A program made the translations under genes and the position numbers. The notes under the pieces were generated by a model. It was not told the origin of the DNA and searched no databases. It worked only from the letters and a program-made list of their open reading frames with translations. From Nemertoderma westbladi (taxonomy: Eukaryota > Animalia > Xenacoelomorpha): a DNA stretch of 38,997 bases. Positions 22,896 through 35,266 of the stretch are shown in pieces; the stretch's first letter is position 1; each line of letters starts with the position of its first letter. Where the stretch lies: NCBI GenBank assembly GCA_032718475.1, contig JAUCBJ010000529.1, positions 1-38,997 on the forward strand. The letters are read 5' to 3'.

Positions 22896-25894
22896 TTAGT
22901 TACTAGTATATATTGATATATCGGATGACATGATTTTTTCGAGAAGATACGATTTTACTTTATGTTTGAAGGACTCAATTGATTCAACACTTGTTACGCT
23001 ATGAGGCAGTTGGTTCCATAAGAAAGGGCCCTGGTACGCGAAACTTTCTTGGCCCACCACGGAGTGTAAATGTGGGATTATCGCCTTCGGTTTCGTGTCA
23101 CTCCTCAAGCGAGACCGTGATTGGCTAAAGGATACAAGTTCCTGGAGGTAGGTTGGTGCTGTCCCAGTGTAAATGCGGTACATAGTAGAGAGGATTATTT
23201 GGTTTACGCGCTCACGGAGGGGAAGCCAGTTTATGGAGACAAAGTCTGGAACGCCTATGTGAGAACGGGGTTGGCGTGAGAAACAGAAACGTATACATTT
23301 ACGCTGCAGCGCCTCGATCTGTTTTCGTAGTTGGGAGGAAGCGCCAAAGTACCACGAAGGGGATGCAAAATCGAGGTTGTATAAGCGAGTTGCAAAGAAG
23401 TCTTCGAATCTGTTCAGTCCTGAGTGTAGCTGAGTTTCTATAGAGGAAACGAAGAATCGAGTTCCCCTTCCGGATGGCTTTGCGAGCTGCAACTTCGCCG
23501 GACAGGGTTGGATCCAGTGGGCACCCCAGGTAGTTAACCGTGCCTGAGACAGGCAGTGACACACCGTTATGCTCCACTGTGAAGTTATCTACATGTGAGA
23601 GACGCTGGCGGGTTCCAAAAATTATGACCTCAAATTTATCTGGGTGTATGCTGAGTCTGTTGTTTATGGCCCAGTTTGAGATATTTTTCAGTTTGTTTGT
23701 TAGATTTATCGAGATGTGGTTTGGGTCTGTCCCTGTTGCAAGGATGTTTGTATCATCAGCATACATTGGAGAAGGGTCAGTGTCATCTGTAATTACATTG
23801 TGAGTCATGGCAGTGGCAACTGTAGATGGAGGGGGACATATTGCAGGAAGTTTGCAAGCTGTTGACAATGGAAAATCATTGATATAAGCCACAAAGAGAA
23901 TCACTCCGAGTAGAGCACCCTGTGGGACACCTACTGTATATCTATTGGAAGCGTGTTTGAACTGCTGTTACCGACCTGGACGTATTGTGTTCGACCGGAT
24001 AGATATGACTCGAAAAATGCTATGGCACATCGTGAAAGGCCAAGGCACTTTAGCTTGTGGATGAGAAGGGATCGGTCAACCGTGTCGAAGGCCTTCTGGA
24101 GATCAATAGCGACCATTCCAACCATTTTCCCGTTTTCCATGGCGTGTTTAATGTAGTTATCCAGGAAAATCAAACAAGTCTGTACGGAATATCCTTTACG
24201 AAAGGCTGATTGGAATTTATCAATAATGTTCATTGAGTAAAAATAGCCCATCATTTGGTCAAAGACAACCTTTTCTAGAACTTTTGATATTATTGTAAGG
24301 AGTGATATTGGTCTGAAGTTGAAACGCTGAATGTTGCTTCCTTTTTTGAAAATTGGGATTACTTTGGCTATTTTGTAAATGCTGGGAAAGGTATTTGTGG
24401 AGATTGACAAGTTTATAATATAAGTTACTAGAGGTAGAAGATAGCTACATCCATCTCTCAGGATAAGTGGAGGTATGTTGTCAGGCCCACAGCTCTTACT
24501 AACGTCTAGTTGGGATAGAATAACTCGGACAGATTCAGAGTCTACCGGTGAAAGGGAAAAAGAGTTTGGGAAAATTCCTTTCCTGCGATAGTATTCTTCT
24601 ACTTGCAATTTGTAGTTGCTATCAGCAGGAGGAAGGTTGTCCACTAGCCTATCAGCAATATGGGTAAAGAAATTGTTGAACTCGATGGCTTTCTCTGCAT
24701 CATCGTACAGCAGTGAGTCTCCCATTTTGATACAGGGTATAGATGTTGAGGCTTTCTTGTTTTTTGATGGGGCGCCCATGTGTTTCAGTGTTTTCCATAG
24801 CTCTTTGTGATTAGATTTATTGGCCTCAAGCTTGTCGTGGAAGAAATTCGCTTTGGCAGATCTGATTTGGCCTGTTAACACATTCCTCAACCTTTTATAC
24901 TCCTGTTCGTTGGTTGAATTGGGATGGTTATGAAATACCCTAAATGCATTGTTCCTTGCTTGAATTGTAGCAGAAGTGATGGTTGAGTTAATCCATGGCT
25001 CTGTGTTATGTTTAATGCGGACTTCTTTAAAAGGGGCAATTTCATTTGTGATATTGTTCAGTTCGGCCTGTAGAATCATAGCAGCATTGTCTACTGATGT
25101 TGTCTGGAGGATGGTAGGTAGAGCGGTATTTGCGTTCAAGAGTTCTAGAAGTCGGGTTTCACTGTAGTTTTTGTATGATCTACCGATACGAGTTGTGTTG
25201 GAGTGAGGCATAAGTTTTTTACGTTTCCGAGTCACATAAACCAGGTAGTGATCACTGAGGCCCATTTTAAAAACACCACTGTGTGAGATATTGTCTGGGT
25301 TGGATACAAAAATATGGTCCAGGGTTGTTGATGTATGCGAAGTTACACGGGTGGGTTCTTTGATGAGCTGCTCGAGGCCCATTGAGTTGCAGAAGGAGTA
25401 GAGTTTGCGTCTGAGTGGCTCTGTTGTTGGATTTTGTATGTTTAGAGTATCTGAATTTGTGTCACCCATAATAATAACCTCATTTAAGCTGTAGTATCTC
25501 CTAACATAGATTCTAGGTTCTCAAAGAAGTTGGTGTTTGTTTGTGGGCGGTATATAACTCCAATTAAAATGGGTTTGGTGTGTGGAAGATTAAGTAGACC
25601 AAAGAAGCATTCAGTTGTTGCGGATATTAAAGGGGGGGTTGGTTGATTGTAAGATAGACTGGAGAGGATATATATACCAACACCTCCACCTTCCCTGTTG
25701 CGATCCGCTCTGTAAAATTCATACCCATCCACCTTCACCTCTTGTGGTGTAATTGACTCATCCAACCAAGTTTCAGAAATGGTGAGTATGTGGAGATTTC
25801 TTGTACCAAGTAGAAGACGGATCTCTGACATTTTGTTATATAAACTGCGAGTATTTAAGTGGGCAATATGGATACCCCTGTTCTCGAACTGCAT
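22896..25894 (-). pseudogene. LINE ORF2 (APE endonuclease + reverse transcriptase), three frameshifts
   Basis: HLNTRSL, ISETWL, GGGVGIYI, SDH (APE); FRPISLL, DLQKAFDTV, GVPQG, YADD, YLG (RT). Frame breaks near 25490, 23935 and 23370. Confidence 0.93.
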
Positions 25895-25978
25895 TAGCCA
25901 GGGATATAAAGCAAACGGAAGTTGTTGACTGGAGTCCCGATTGTCGCCTGTGTGGGTTTGGATAATTGTGGAGTCTAG

Positions 25979-26482
25979 TCAGTCCGTTTGTTCGCGTTGA
26001 ACATTAAAGGGTGAATGAGGTACCGATATGGGTTGTAAGGTATCAGCACGAGATTCGGCAGTGTCACTTACGTTTGGTCTGACTGTTCCACTCGACCTGT
26101 AGAATGTTCTAGGTATTCTTTGTGATGCTGTTAGTGGGTGTGTCTCACTAATGTTATCTACAGTTGTAGGCTTTGTGGAATGTCGATTTAGTGAGGCCGA
26201 ATCCACCACTGAGCCTCGATAAATTACCCAGTGGGTATCTGGAAATGAAGATTCCAATGCCCTGCGTTCCACACGAAGTTCGTATTGAAGTTTACTTTGT
26301 TCTGGGGTTAAATCTTGTGATATAAATAGGTGATTGAAAGTAGAGGATTTTCTCAGGTCGCGAGCCTTTTGGAGAAGGTCATATCTTTTACTTTGGGGTA
26401 GTTTTACAATGATTGATTGGGACCCATTTTGGATCTTTCCGACCCTGGTAACCTTTATCTCACGTGTCTCAAGGGACCTGGA
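25979..26482 (-). pseudogene. LINE ORF1 C-terminal fragment
   Basis: Open frame without a start: ...VTRVGK...IIVKL...LFISQDLTPEQ..., resembling the RRM/CTD region of CR1/L2 ORF1. Confidence 0.7.
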
Positions 26483-27072
26483 CTATCTATCGTCAACACC
26501 AGAACACCACCTGACCACCGTTACCTGTACTGCAGTACTGGCTGACTAGACCGCGGCACTCAACTCGCCCGTCGCACCCAGTACTGCTACTGCAGTAGCC
26601 AGTACCCAGTGCCAGTACCTGTCTGTCTGCTGGTCGGTCTCTGTCAGTCTGTTGTAGCTGTACGGATACTGGGATATTGGATATTACAGTCAGACAGTAT
26701 TCAGGTATTCTGGTATTAGGCAGTTAGGATATCTGGATATCAGGATATAGACTAGGCCCTATGCCCTACCACCTGTACGCGGTACCTGAACGGTCCGTTA
26801 GTCAGTCAGTCCTGCCACCTGCAGTCCGTCTGTCCGTATCAACTGCTGAACTACCGGTGCGGCGGTGCGGTGCCGTACCTCTGTCAGTCGTCTGTACCTG
26901 CCTGCCTGGTGCCTCCTGCTGTCTGGCTGTCCTGACTGCTGACCTTCCAGCCTGTACTGTCTGGCTGTGTATGTGTAGGGCCTACCGTCAGACCGTCCAG
27001 ACGTAAGACCGTACCAGCGTCTGAGCGTGCCGTACTGAACTGCTCACGGGTCACGGCACGGTCCGTCTCTAA

Positions 27073-27381
<309 letters not shown>

Positions 27382-28414
27382 TGACTGCCATGTTTCGAGG
27401 CTGCCACAGTGCCGTGCCACTGTGGTGAGAATCACCAATCACATACCTACCGCTACCAGTACGGTCAGACTGTATCAGTCTGTCAATGCTCATTAAGTCT
27501 GTAAGTGTAAGTAGGGACAATTTTGTACTCACCTTCAAGTCCTCATTGCCTCATACTACCGGTATCATAAAAATACGTCGTAATTTTGAACCATAAAACT
27601 GTAAAAGTTATTTAGATAGAATTGCTGCCTTAAACTGTTAAAACACTGAACTACGCTGCATAGTGCATAGGGCATACCTATCAGCCAAGATCTTTCGATC
27701 TGAAGTTAACCTGTTATAGGCCTACAATTATAGTGTTCTTTATTGCGGTCATAAGACTGTAAGAGAGCAGGAACTCTTTCACACACCATTTGGACCCGCA
27801 TATTGAATACCGGTAGTTGACGCGATAACAAAGTAACTTTTACTCGGAAGGTTAAATAACTTAATTTGCTTCCCTTTGTAATTTTAATTGAAACGGTACT
27901 TTTAATAATCATGATAGTAAAGTTTGTACCGGTATTTATTATTTTTATTCATCATAATTTTCATCGTAAATTATACAGTATATTTTTCCTTTATTATTTT
28001 TGAAATTGTCTTGCCACCGAACGTTTGTAGCTTTTTGTTATTGTTTGTAGCCTTACACCTAATCATCTCTATTCCAGAAAGACAAATTCATATTTTCATA
28101 ATTGTTCGCAGGTGTTATGAACAAATATTTTCGGCCTCGTGAAATATGTTTGTTTGTTTTAATTTTTATTGCATCTGTATCAATTCATATTCACTATGTT
28201 TTAGCGTTAATAATAACAATAACCAATATAGCAATAATATTTACCGGTATTTAATAAGTACTGAAGCCAAATCTTATTATTGCCTTACCCGACCTACAAC
28301 AACAAACTAAATGGGCTTTCTCAGGGCAACAAACCTACTAAGATTCGTAAATTTGTTGGCAAATTTAATTATTTTATAATTGGATTTTGTTCAGAAAGGT
28401 AAAAAGTGAGGAAG

Positions 28415-28503
28415 CACGTCACCGGGAGTCGAACCACCGTTATACGCGTGTTTTGGCCTATCAGACCTCGTCAGTTACGCTTACCAGTTCAGCCACTCTC
28501 CCC
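28415..28503 (-). mobile_element. tRNA-derived Pol III head (SINE-like) in RagA intron 1
   Basis: A box TGGCTGAACTGG (28495-28484) and B box GGTTCGACTCC (28435-28425); stems too degenerate for a functional tRNA. Confidence 0.6.
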
Positions 28504-28549
28504 TGACACTCGCCTCACTATTTTTACTATCTCTGTTGTGTTTTTCCAG

Positions 28550-28748
28550 CCAACGGGAGAATATTTTCCGTAACGTCGAGGTGCTCATCTACGTGTTCGA
28601 TGTGGAGTCCCGGGAACTCGAGAAGGATCTCCACTACTACCAGAGCTGTCTGGAGGCCATACTGCAGAACTCGCGCACCGCCAAGATATTCTGTCTCATA
28701 CATAAAATGGATTTGGTTCAAGAAGACCAACGGGACAATATATTCAGA
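28550..28748 (+). CDS. RRAGA: RagA/B coding exon 2
   Basis: Acceptor TTTTTCCAG; [21 protein letters not shown]...[16 protein letters not shown]; donor GTGAGC; phase matches exon 1. Confidence 0.97.
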
Positions 28749-28861
28749 GTGAGCCGAACTTTCCGTTACCTTTTAATTAATTACAGACAATTATTAGATT
28801 TTATACTTTGTTAACTACGGGATTGCACTTTTCGGGATTATCAGTTTTATGGCTTTTATAG

Positions 28862-29115
28862 GAACGCAAAGATGAATTAGAGAGATTATCCAAACCCTTG
28901 TCGTGTTCTTGTTTCCGGACCTCGATCTGGGACGAGACCCTATACAAGGCCTGGTCCACCATGGTCTATCTACTCATACCTAACATAGAATCCCTGGAAT
29001 GTAATCTGTCTAATTTCGCTTCGGTTATTGAAGCGGACGAGGTGTTGTTGTTCGAGAGAGCGACCTTTCTAGTGATCGCGCACAGCCAGCGGCGTGACCA
29101 CGACGATAAACACAG
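28862..29115 (+). CDS. RRAGA: RagA/B coding exon 3
   Basis: Acceptor TTTTATAG; [32 protein letters not shown]...[16 protein letters not shown]...HR; donor AG|GTTGGT. The remaining roadblock-domain exons were not found in the window. Confidence 0.96.
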
Positions 29116-30007
29116 GTTGGTAGTCTGTTAGTTCGCTATTTACTCCTATTATATTTATTTATCTACGTCTTTACCGCTAGTATTTACTGCTATTTATCGA
29201 ATTATAACTCGGGTTGGTGGGTATTGGTAGGCTAACATATTCCGTTTACATCTAAAAATTAGTTTTTCAAGTATGAGGGGCGACTATGACTCACGTAAGG
29301 TACCACTAACTTAATCTTATGTCTGTCGTTTTGTTGTGTCCAACTTTAAACGTTAATAACTCGATGAAATCTAACCAAACTTGGTACACATGTTGTTTGG
29401 CTAATGTTTAGAAATTTTCCAAGTAGAATTTCCGTGTGGCTTTCGAGAAGCTAAGATAATAGCAGTTAATTAGTTAATTAAGTTGATTACGGTAAAAACA
29501 GCACTTTCAACCTGCCTGTTAAAGGAAATTAATTATTTTACAGTATAAGATATAAATAATTATACTTAATAATTATACAGCTGTAATCCCCATACCCCAT
29601 TCCGTTATAGTTTCTAATTAGTTTAAGTGATTTGATGTAATGAATTTGTTTTGAATTGATCTACACGTCATTAACTCATTAAAATACCCCGTCGCTCCAC
29701 ACCATACACTTCCAGCTCCCCCATTCCATGTCCTGCTCGTTATTGCCTAGCTGAGAACTAGTCCCACCTCTCCACTACTCAAACAAAGGGCGATTACATT
29801 TATATGAGCTTATTGTTTATTTGTTAACGTTTCGTCACGATGTATTAAATACCGTGATTAAAACAGTTCCACATAAAAAGTCGGGAGGTATGGGGAATCA
29901 TGCCAGAAAAATGCAACCCTGCCAGAGGGCTGGAGTGGAGCGCAGCGGAGGTCTACTGTAGCGTAACGGAACGTAGACGCTATAGTTAGTAGTTATAGTT
30001 AATAAAC

Positions 30008-31704
30008 GACAGCAGGCAATCATCCTCAATGGTTGGAAAGCCCACTTTGAAAAGCTCCTCAATAATGACAGGGTATTGCCTGATAACTTTATAGAAGTAA
30101 AAGTGACTGAGTCTGTACTCCCAGATATTCCCATTGGCGATATCTCCTTTGCAGAAGTGAAGGCTGCTGCAAAGAGCATTAAGACCAATCGTGCCAGTGG
30201 AGTAGATGGTGTTCCCCCTGAGGTCTTTAAAATACCTGAGTGTTTAAAGCTCATCTATCCCATCATAGTAGACATGTACCGAACAACAAGAGTCCCACAA
30301 GAAATGAAAACAAATAAGTTGGTGCCAGTTCCCAAGAAGGGCAACCTAACACTCTATGGTTCTTTTCGGGGAATCTCATTGATCTCGATTGCTGCAAAGC
30401 TATACAATAGGATTCTATTAAATCGCATCAGGGATCCCATTGAGAGACTGCTCCGTGGAAATCAGAATGGGTTCCGTAAAGGTCGTGGGACCATGGAGCC
30501 CATTTTGGCACTTAGAAGGATAATTGAAGAGTTATCAAAAAAGAAAGACAGGCATCTGGCTGTTATCTTTGTTGACTTCTTCAAGGCCTTTGATTCAGTC
30601 TCTCGCTCACGTATGTTCAGCATACTTTCATTATATGGGATTCCTGATGAAATTATTGCAGCAATCAGATCAGTATACGATGGTTCGACAACATTTGTGT
30701 CTACTGTTGACGGTGACACAGAACCATTTGAAGTGTTATGGGGCGTCCTCCAAGGAGACACACTTGCACCATTCTTGTTCATTATTGTGGTTGACTATGT
30801 TCTACGCATGTCCTTAGATCATTATAATGATGATGGGGTGATGATAACTCCACCTACTGGCTCCAGAAGTCGAGGAAATCCTGCCAAGTACCTAACTGAT
30901 CTAGACTTTGCTGATGACTTAGGAGTACTCTCAGAATCATTAGAGGGAGCCCAACGGCTCCTCAGCTCATTAGAACATGCTGCTTCTAGTGTTGGTCTTT
31001 TTATTAACTCCAGAAAGACCAACTTAACTTTGAAAGTCCTCAGCAAGTCTCTGATCGGTTGAGCATAAGCTCAAAGGATGGTATGCTTGAGCATGTGGAC
31101 GACTTCTGTTACCTGGGATCATAGATCCGGAAGTCAGGTGAGGACCTTCGAATACGTAAGGGAAAGGCTTTCCAGGATTTGGAAGTCACCGAGAATTAAT
31201 CGGAAACTTAAGGTCCGATTATTTAGAGCAGCAGTAGTTCCAGTACTCCTCTACGGGAGTCCATGCTGGGCTCTAACTGCTGAGGACACCAAATCTCTGG
31301 ATGGCACATTCACAAGAATGCTACGCCGGGTTTATTGTGTCAAGTACAATGCACACATCTCCAACCAGACACTATATAACATTGGAGGTGTCTCATTGGT
31401 TCCCCCAAGCTTGACACTAGAACAAAATCGCCCCCGCTTTGCAGGACATTGCTTTCGCCGTGAGGACCAGCCAGTGCATAATCTTGTACTTTGGCAGCCC
31501 CATGGAGTGAATAAGCATGGTGGACAGCCCATGACTTTCTTGAGACGCATCTTAAAGGACACTGGCCTTAAAGATGCGGATGATCTAGCAAATGTCATGG
31601 GTGATAGGGAGTTGTGGCGGTGCAATTTTGTTGACAAGCCGGCACAGCATTCTTAAAAATGCAGCTGCAATGAGGCATGCCGATCCTAGTAGTAGTAGTA
31701 GTAG
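30008..31704 (+). mobile_element. 5'-truncated RTE-clade LINE with 12-bp TSD
   Basis: RT motifs FRGISL, QNGFRKGR, DFFKAFDSV, GVLQGD, LDFADD, LLYGS, RFAGHC; (TAG)n tail; TSD TAGTTAATAAAC at 29996-30007 and 31705-31716; frameshifts near 31020-31160. Confidence 0.92.
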
Positions 31705-32191
31705 TAGTTAATAAACACTATACCGTTTATGTTGGAATACAGAATCAGGCGGTATTTAATCGTGATTCTTTATAGAATAGAATTCGTAGAATAATTAGCT
31801 AAATAATTTCGTTGAGGCGTTGTCATGATAAATTAATATTTAGTATCAATACTATCGGCATAAGGTAAGTTTTAATATTTCTTATAAATGGGTGCCTCGA
31901 CACTTAAAATATATAATTTGTATCTGATAACTGAGCCTCGTGCAGCGCGAAGGCCCCACGAACGTGTTACAAAGGCGTCCATTGGTTAACTGATAATTAG
32001 TAAATTTGGTTTAATATTATAAATAATTTTCTTTTCTAGCGACCACTGGTATAAATTAATTAATTATCTGTAGATTTTTATAGCTACTTTGCTACCTACC
32101 GATAACAACAGTCAACTGTATTATTACTTAAGAGACTGAAAACGTTCCAGAAAAATAAAATTAATTTGTGGAATTCCTTATTAATAAAATA

Positions 32192-33083
32192 CACCATAAC
32201 CCTTAATACAACAACCATTTTTAGGGGGTCGGAGCCCCCCCCCCCCCCCCCCCCAAATTTTTTTCAAATTTCAATAAAATGCTACGAAATTCGGTATGAT
32301 GATAGATCGATACCTTTTCTTACTGTTGGCCTGGCCGGAATTTTTAATTTATGAGCTATTTCGATACAACAAACCGTTAAAAATCGTCTATTTTGCAATA
32401 TTTTGCCATCTCTGTTGGATTTATTTTTCGTCTTTGGAATGAGATCTAGATATCATTAGATCCGCCTTCATCTGTAGATTCCGAATATGAAACCCGTTGT
32501 AAATTTTACCAAGAACTTCCGGAGATATTATCAAATTACTAAGGTGTAAATTTTTGTGACGTAAATCGCTATAATTCTGATGTTTTGTTGTCTTTATTCT
32601 AGAATATTAATTATTATTTAGCTGATCGTTTAAAACTCTCCATCTTGTTTTTTCATTACCCATAATTTATATTCTAGAATTGAATAAAAAAAACATTAGA
32701 ATTATAGCGATTTACGTCACATAAATTTACACCTTAGTATTTTGATAATATCTCCGGAAGTTATTGGTGAAATTCACAACGGGTTTCATATTCGGAATCT
32801 CCAGATGAAGGCGGATCTAATTATATCTAGATTACATTCCAAAGACGAAAAATAAAGCTGATGGGGGTGGCTAAATATTGCGAAGTAGACGATTTTCAAC
32901 GGCTTGTTGAATCGAAATAGCTGATAAATTAAAAATTCCGGCCAGGCCACCAGTAAGAAAAGGTATCGATCTATCATCATACCGAATTTTGTAGCTTTTT
33001 ATTGAAATTTGAAAAATATTTGGGGGGGGGGGGGGGGGGGCACCGACCCCCTAAAAATGGTTGTTGTATTAAGGGTTATGGTG
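32192..33083. mobile_element. Fold-back MITE family A, copy 1 (CAC...GTG ends, TA flanks)
   Basis: About 400 bp imperfect inverted arms starting CACCATAACCCTTAATACAACAACCATTTTTAG with poly-C/poly-G tracts; TA on both sides. Confidence 0.88.
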
Positions 33084-33322
33084 TATGTGTTTGCACAGTA
33101 GTAGGTAAAAAAATATTATTATAGGCATCTTGGGTTGCTAAAGAAACTGTGTTGTTTTTAGGGAAATGCAACCAGTGATCAGAGTTAATGTAACAATAAC
33201 TAATACGAGAACAAATCAATATCAAATTCCTCCTAAAATAACAAAAACAAAGAAAGTTAAGTATTGTAACTAAATGTATGGTGTACTAGTCGGTACGTGG
33301 AAAGTAATTGATACTGTTAGAA

Positions 33323-34444
33323 ATGGAACATAATATAACAAGACTGGATCATCTGCATAGTGAGTGGGAACATATAACAAGACTGGATCATCTGCATAGT
33401 GAGTGGGAACATGTAACAAGACTGGTTCATCTGCATAGTGAGGAACATATAACAAGACTGGATCATCTGCATAGTGAGTTGTTTTTGGTATCGTCCACTG
33501 ATCCAGGTAATTACAGAAGAGATGAATTCGAAAAATGTTCAAATCTTGATACTATATTTTCAAAAAATTCGAAAGTATTGAAAACCAAAAACAAAGAATT
33601 ATTTAAAACATGGTTTAAGGCGATGAGATCAGGGGAAATCGAGATATATTCTACAAATCGGTTTTGCGGAGTTTGTTTACCCAGTGACGGGGAGTTGCCC
33701 GAGCCTCTGAAGGGTCATGGTATTGTAATCTTTAACACAGATGCGGACACGGGAAAAGAAGAAAGAAGTACAATCCATTGTAGCGATGCAAGAGATGTTT
33801 TGACATTGTGCACCTACATTAATAGAGAGAAAAACATGAGCAATATGGCAAAGGACATGAACTACCATGAACCACTGAGCTTTGTAAAGGAAGGGATCAT
33901 CTACAAACATAAAAAAAGAGGAATTTTTGAATTTCCAAAATTGCAATTGAAGCCGTTTTGGGGAGAGATTAGGAGAATGGGTAATGGTAAATTGCAGTTG
34001 AGTTTGAATAAATCGGGAATAACTGAGATGAAACGTAACCGCCTCTATAAACTTAACTATTACCACGTCCATTATGGTGAAGTCACAAAGAGTCATGGAA
34101 TTATGAAAGTGTTCAAGTTGAAGTATAAGTCTCTCAATATTTTTAAGCCGATTGAGGAAACAACTTTCTCGTGCTTTGCTGGTTTTGAAAGTGTTTATTG
34201 GCTGATGAGCTTGACTCAGCCAGGGGGTGCCAGACTTAACGAGCGCCCTGCTGAGGGGGGTTCGATTTGTTTGACTCTACCAGGAGGTGGCAAACTTAAA
34301 GAGCGCCCTGGGGGAGGTTGGATGTTTTGTTGTGACGAAAGTTCGTATAGCACTGCATTTTTAAAACATATATCATTGTTACTATGGCAACATTGTAGAG
34401 TTCTAGAACAATATAAAAGTATTATATACTATTCTGGAACATAA
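33323..34444 (+). CDS. Orphan intronless ORF: 13-aa His-rich repeats plus a putative PH domain
   Basis: Over 1.1 kb open frame in AT-rich DNA; four HITRLDHLHSE(WE) repeats; PH-like pattern VKEGIIYK...FWGEI...VFKL...TFSC...ESVYWLMSL; the last ~35 codons run into a MITE arm. Confidence 0.5.
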   Translation: MEHNITRLDHLHSEWEHITRLDHLHSEWEHVTRLVHLHSEEHITRLDHLHSELFLVSSTDPGNYRRDEFEKCSNLDTIFSKNSKVLKTKNKELFKTWFKAMRSGEIEIYSTNRFCGVCLPSDGELPEPLKGHGIVIFNTDADTGKEERSTIHCSDARDVLTLCTYINREKNMSNMAKDMNYHEPLSFVKEGIIYKHKKRGIFEFPKLQLKPFWGEIRRMGNGKLQLSLNKSGITEMKRNRLYKLNYYHVHYGEVTKSHGIMKVFKLKYKSLNIFKPIEETTFSCFAGFESVYWLMSLTQPGGARLNERPAEGGSICLTLPGGGKLKERPGGGWMFCCDESSYSTAFLKHISLLLWQHCRVLEQYKSIIYYSGT

Positions 34445-35065
34445 TAAAATAAAAAATATAATGTTCTAGAACATATAGCTAGTTATTTTTTAATTTAAAA
34501 ATAGCTAATAAATTTAAAAAATTTAATTTATAAGAAATTTCTGAAGGCACTGGTATAGCTTGTGTGACCATTTTTGAAATTAAAATAATACGGAAATTTG
34601 TGTTATTTTTGTTATTGGTACCGGTAAGTGTTTTACTAGCTAGTATTTTTTTAAATTATATAAAAAATGTGAAAACATTGATATTTCAGGTTTAAACTGT
34701 TGCAGAATATTTTGATGACCAAAAATATTGATGATATTATATAACAGTTTACTGTTTATATTCATTTTTTTAAATTTTGTTTACATTTTCAAAAAAATAC
34801 GAGGGAGTAAATAAACACTAGCTACCACAAAAAAAGTGTTCTAGAACAAAAATATTTATCAAAAATGGTCTAGCACATCTTCTATAATAACATTTATAAA
34901 AAAATATCAAAAACTAGCTAGTATAAAAATCCACCCAAGGTGTACCAATGTCATTTTATTTTATGTTCTAGAATGTGTATAATATTTATATTTTGTTCTA
35001 GAACTCTACAATGTTGCGATGGTAACAATAATTTATGTTATAAAAATGCAGTGCTATACGGAACT
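34340..35065. mobile_element. MITE family B with ~110 bp imperfect TIRs
   Basis: CGTATAGCACTGCATTTTTA...GCAACATTGTAGAGTTCTAGAACAA near 34344 is inverted at about 34993-35060; TSD not resolved. Confidence 0.8.
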
Positions 35066-35232
35066 GTTACCTTTTTAGTTGATTACCAGCAGTCTCTCCC
35101 TCAGTCAATTGTACTCGATATAATCGCAGCGATATGGAAAAGTCTGTAATTTAAACGTGTACGTTTGTTACCGTTAATAAGTGATATGAGAGTTCGAAAG
35201 TTCGTATGTTTTTGCTTCTGATGCGATTGTAT

Positions 35233-35266
35233 CAAGGCGTTCTAGAACTAGTTCTAGAACGCCTTG
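35233..35266. mobile_element. 34-bp perfect palindrome with 8-bp TSD; probable P-superfamily excision footprint
   Basis: CAAGGCGTTCTAGAACT plus its reverse complement, flanked by GATTGTAT at 35225-35232 and 35267-35274. Confidence 0.8.

Larger units (their letters stand above)
22081..26482 (-). mobile_element. 5'-truncated CR1/L2-group LINE
   Basis: ORF1 3' fragment, ORF2 (APE-RT), ~800 bp 3' UTR with a stem-loop, then AATAAA and an (AATTCC)n tail at about 22081-22103. Confidence 0.9.

Noticed and set aside
22078-26482. CCTGGA as the TSD of the CR1/L2 LINE
   Set aside because: Only 6 bp and overlapping the tail repeat; could be chance or microhomology.
28415-28503. Functional tRNA gene
   Set aside because: A and B boxes are present but acceptor, anticodon and T stems do not pair properly.
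29265-29900. Possible Helentron/HINE-like or degenerate MITE sequence (GTCTGTC...AAACTTGGTACACATG; CCCCATACC/GGTATGGGG)
   Set aside because: No boundaries, TSD or second copy visible in the window.
33515-33560. DEFEKCSNL as RagA exon 4 (expected RFEKxSNII)
   Set aside because: The resemblance covers a few residues only, and the following sequence does not match IIKQFKLSC.
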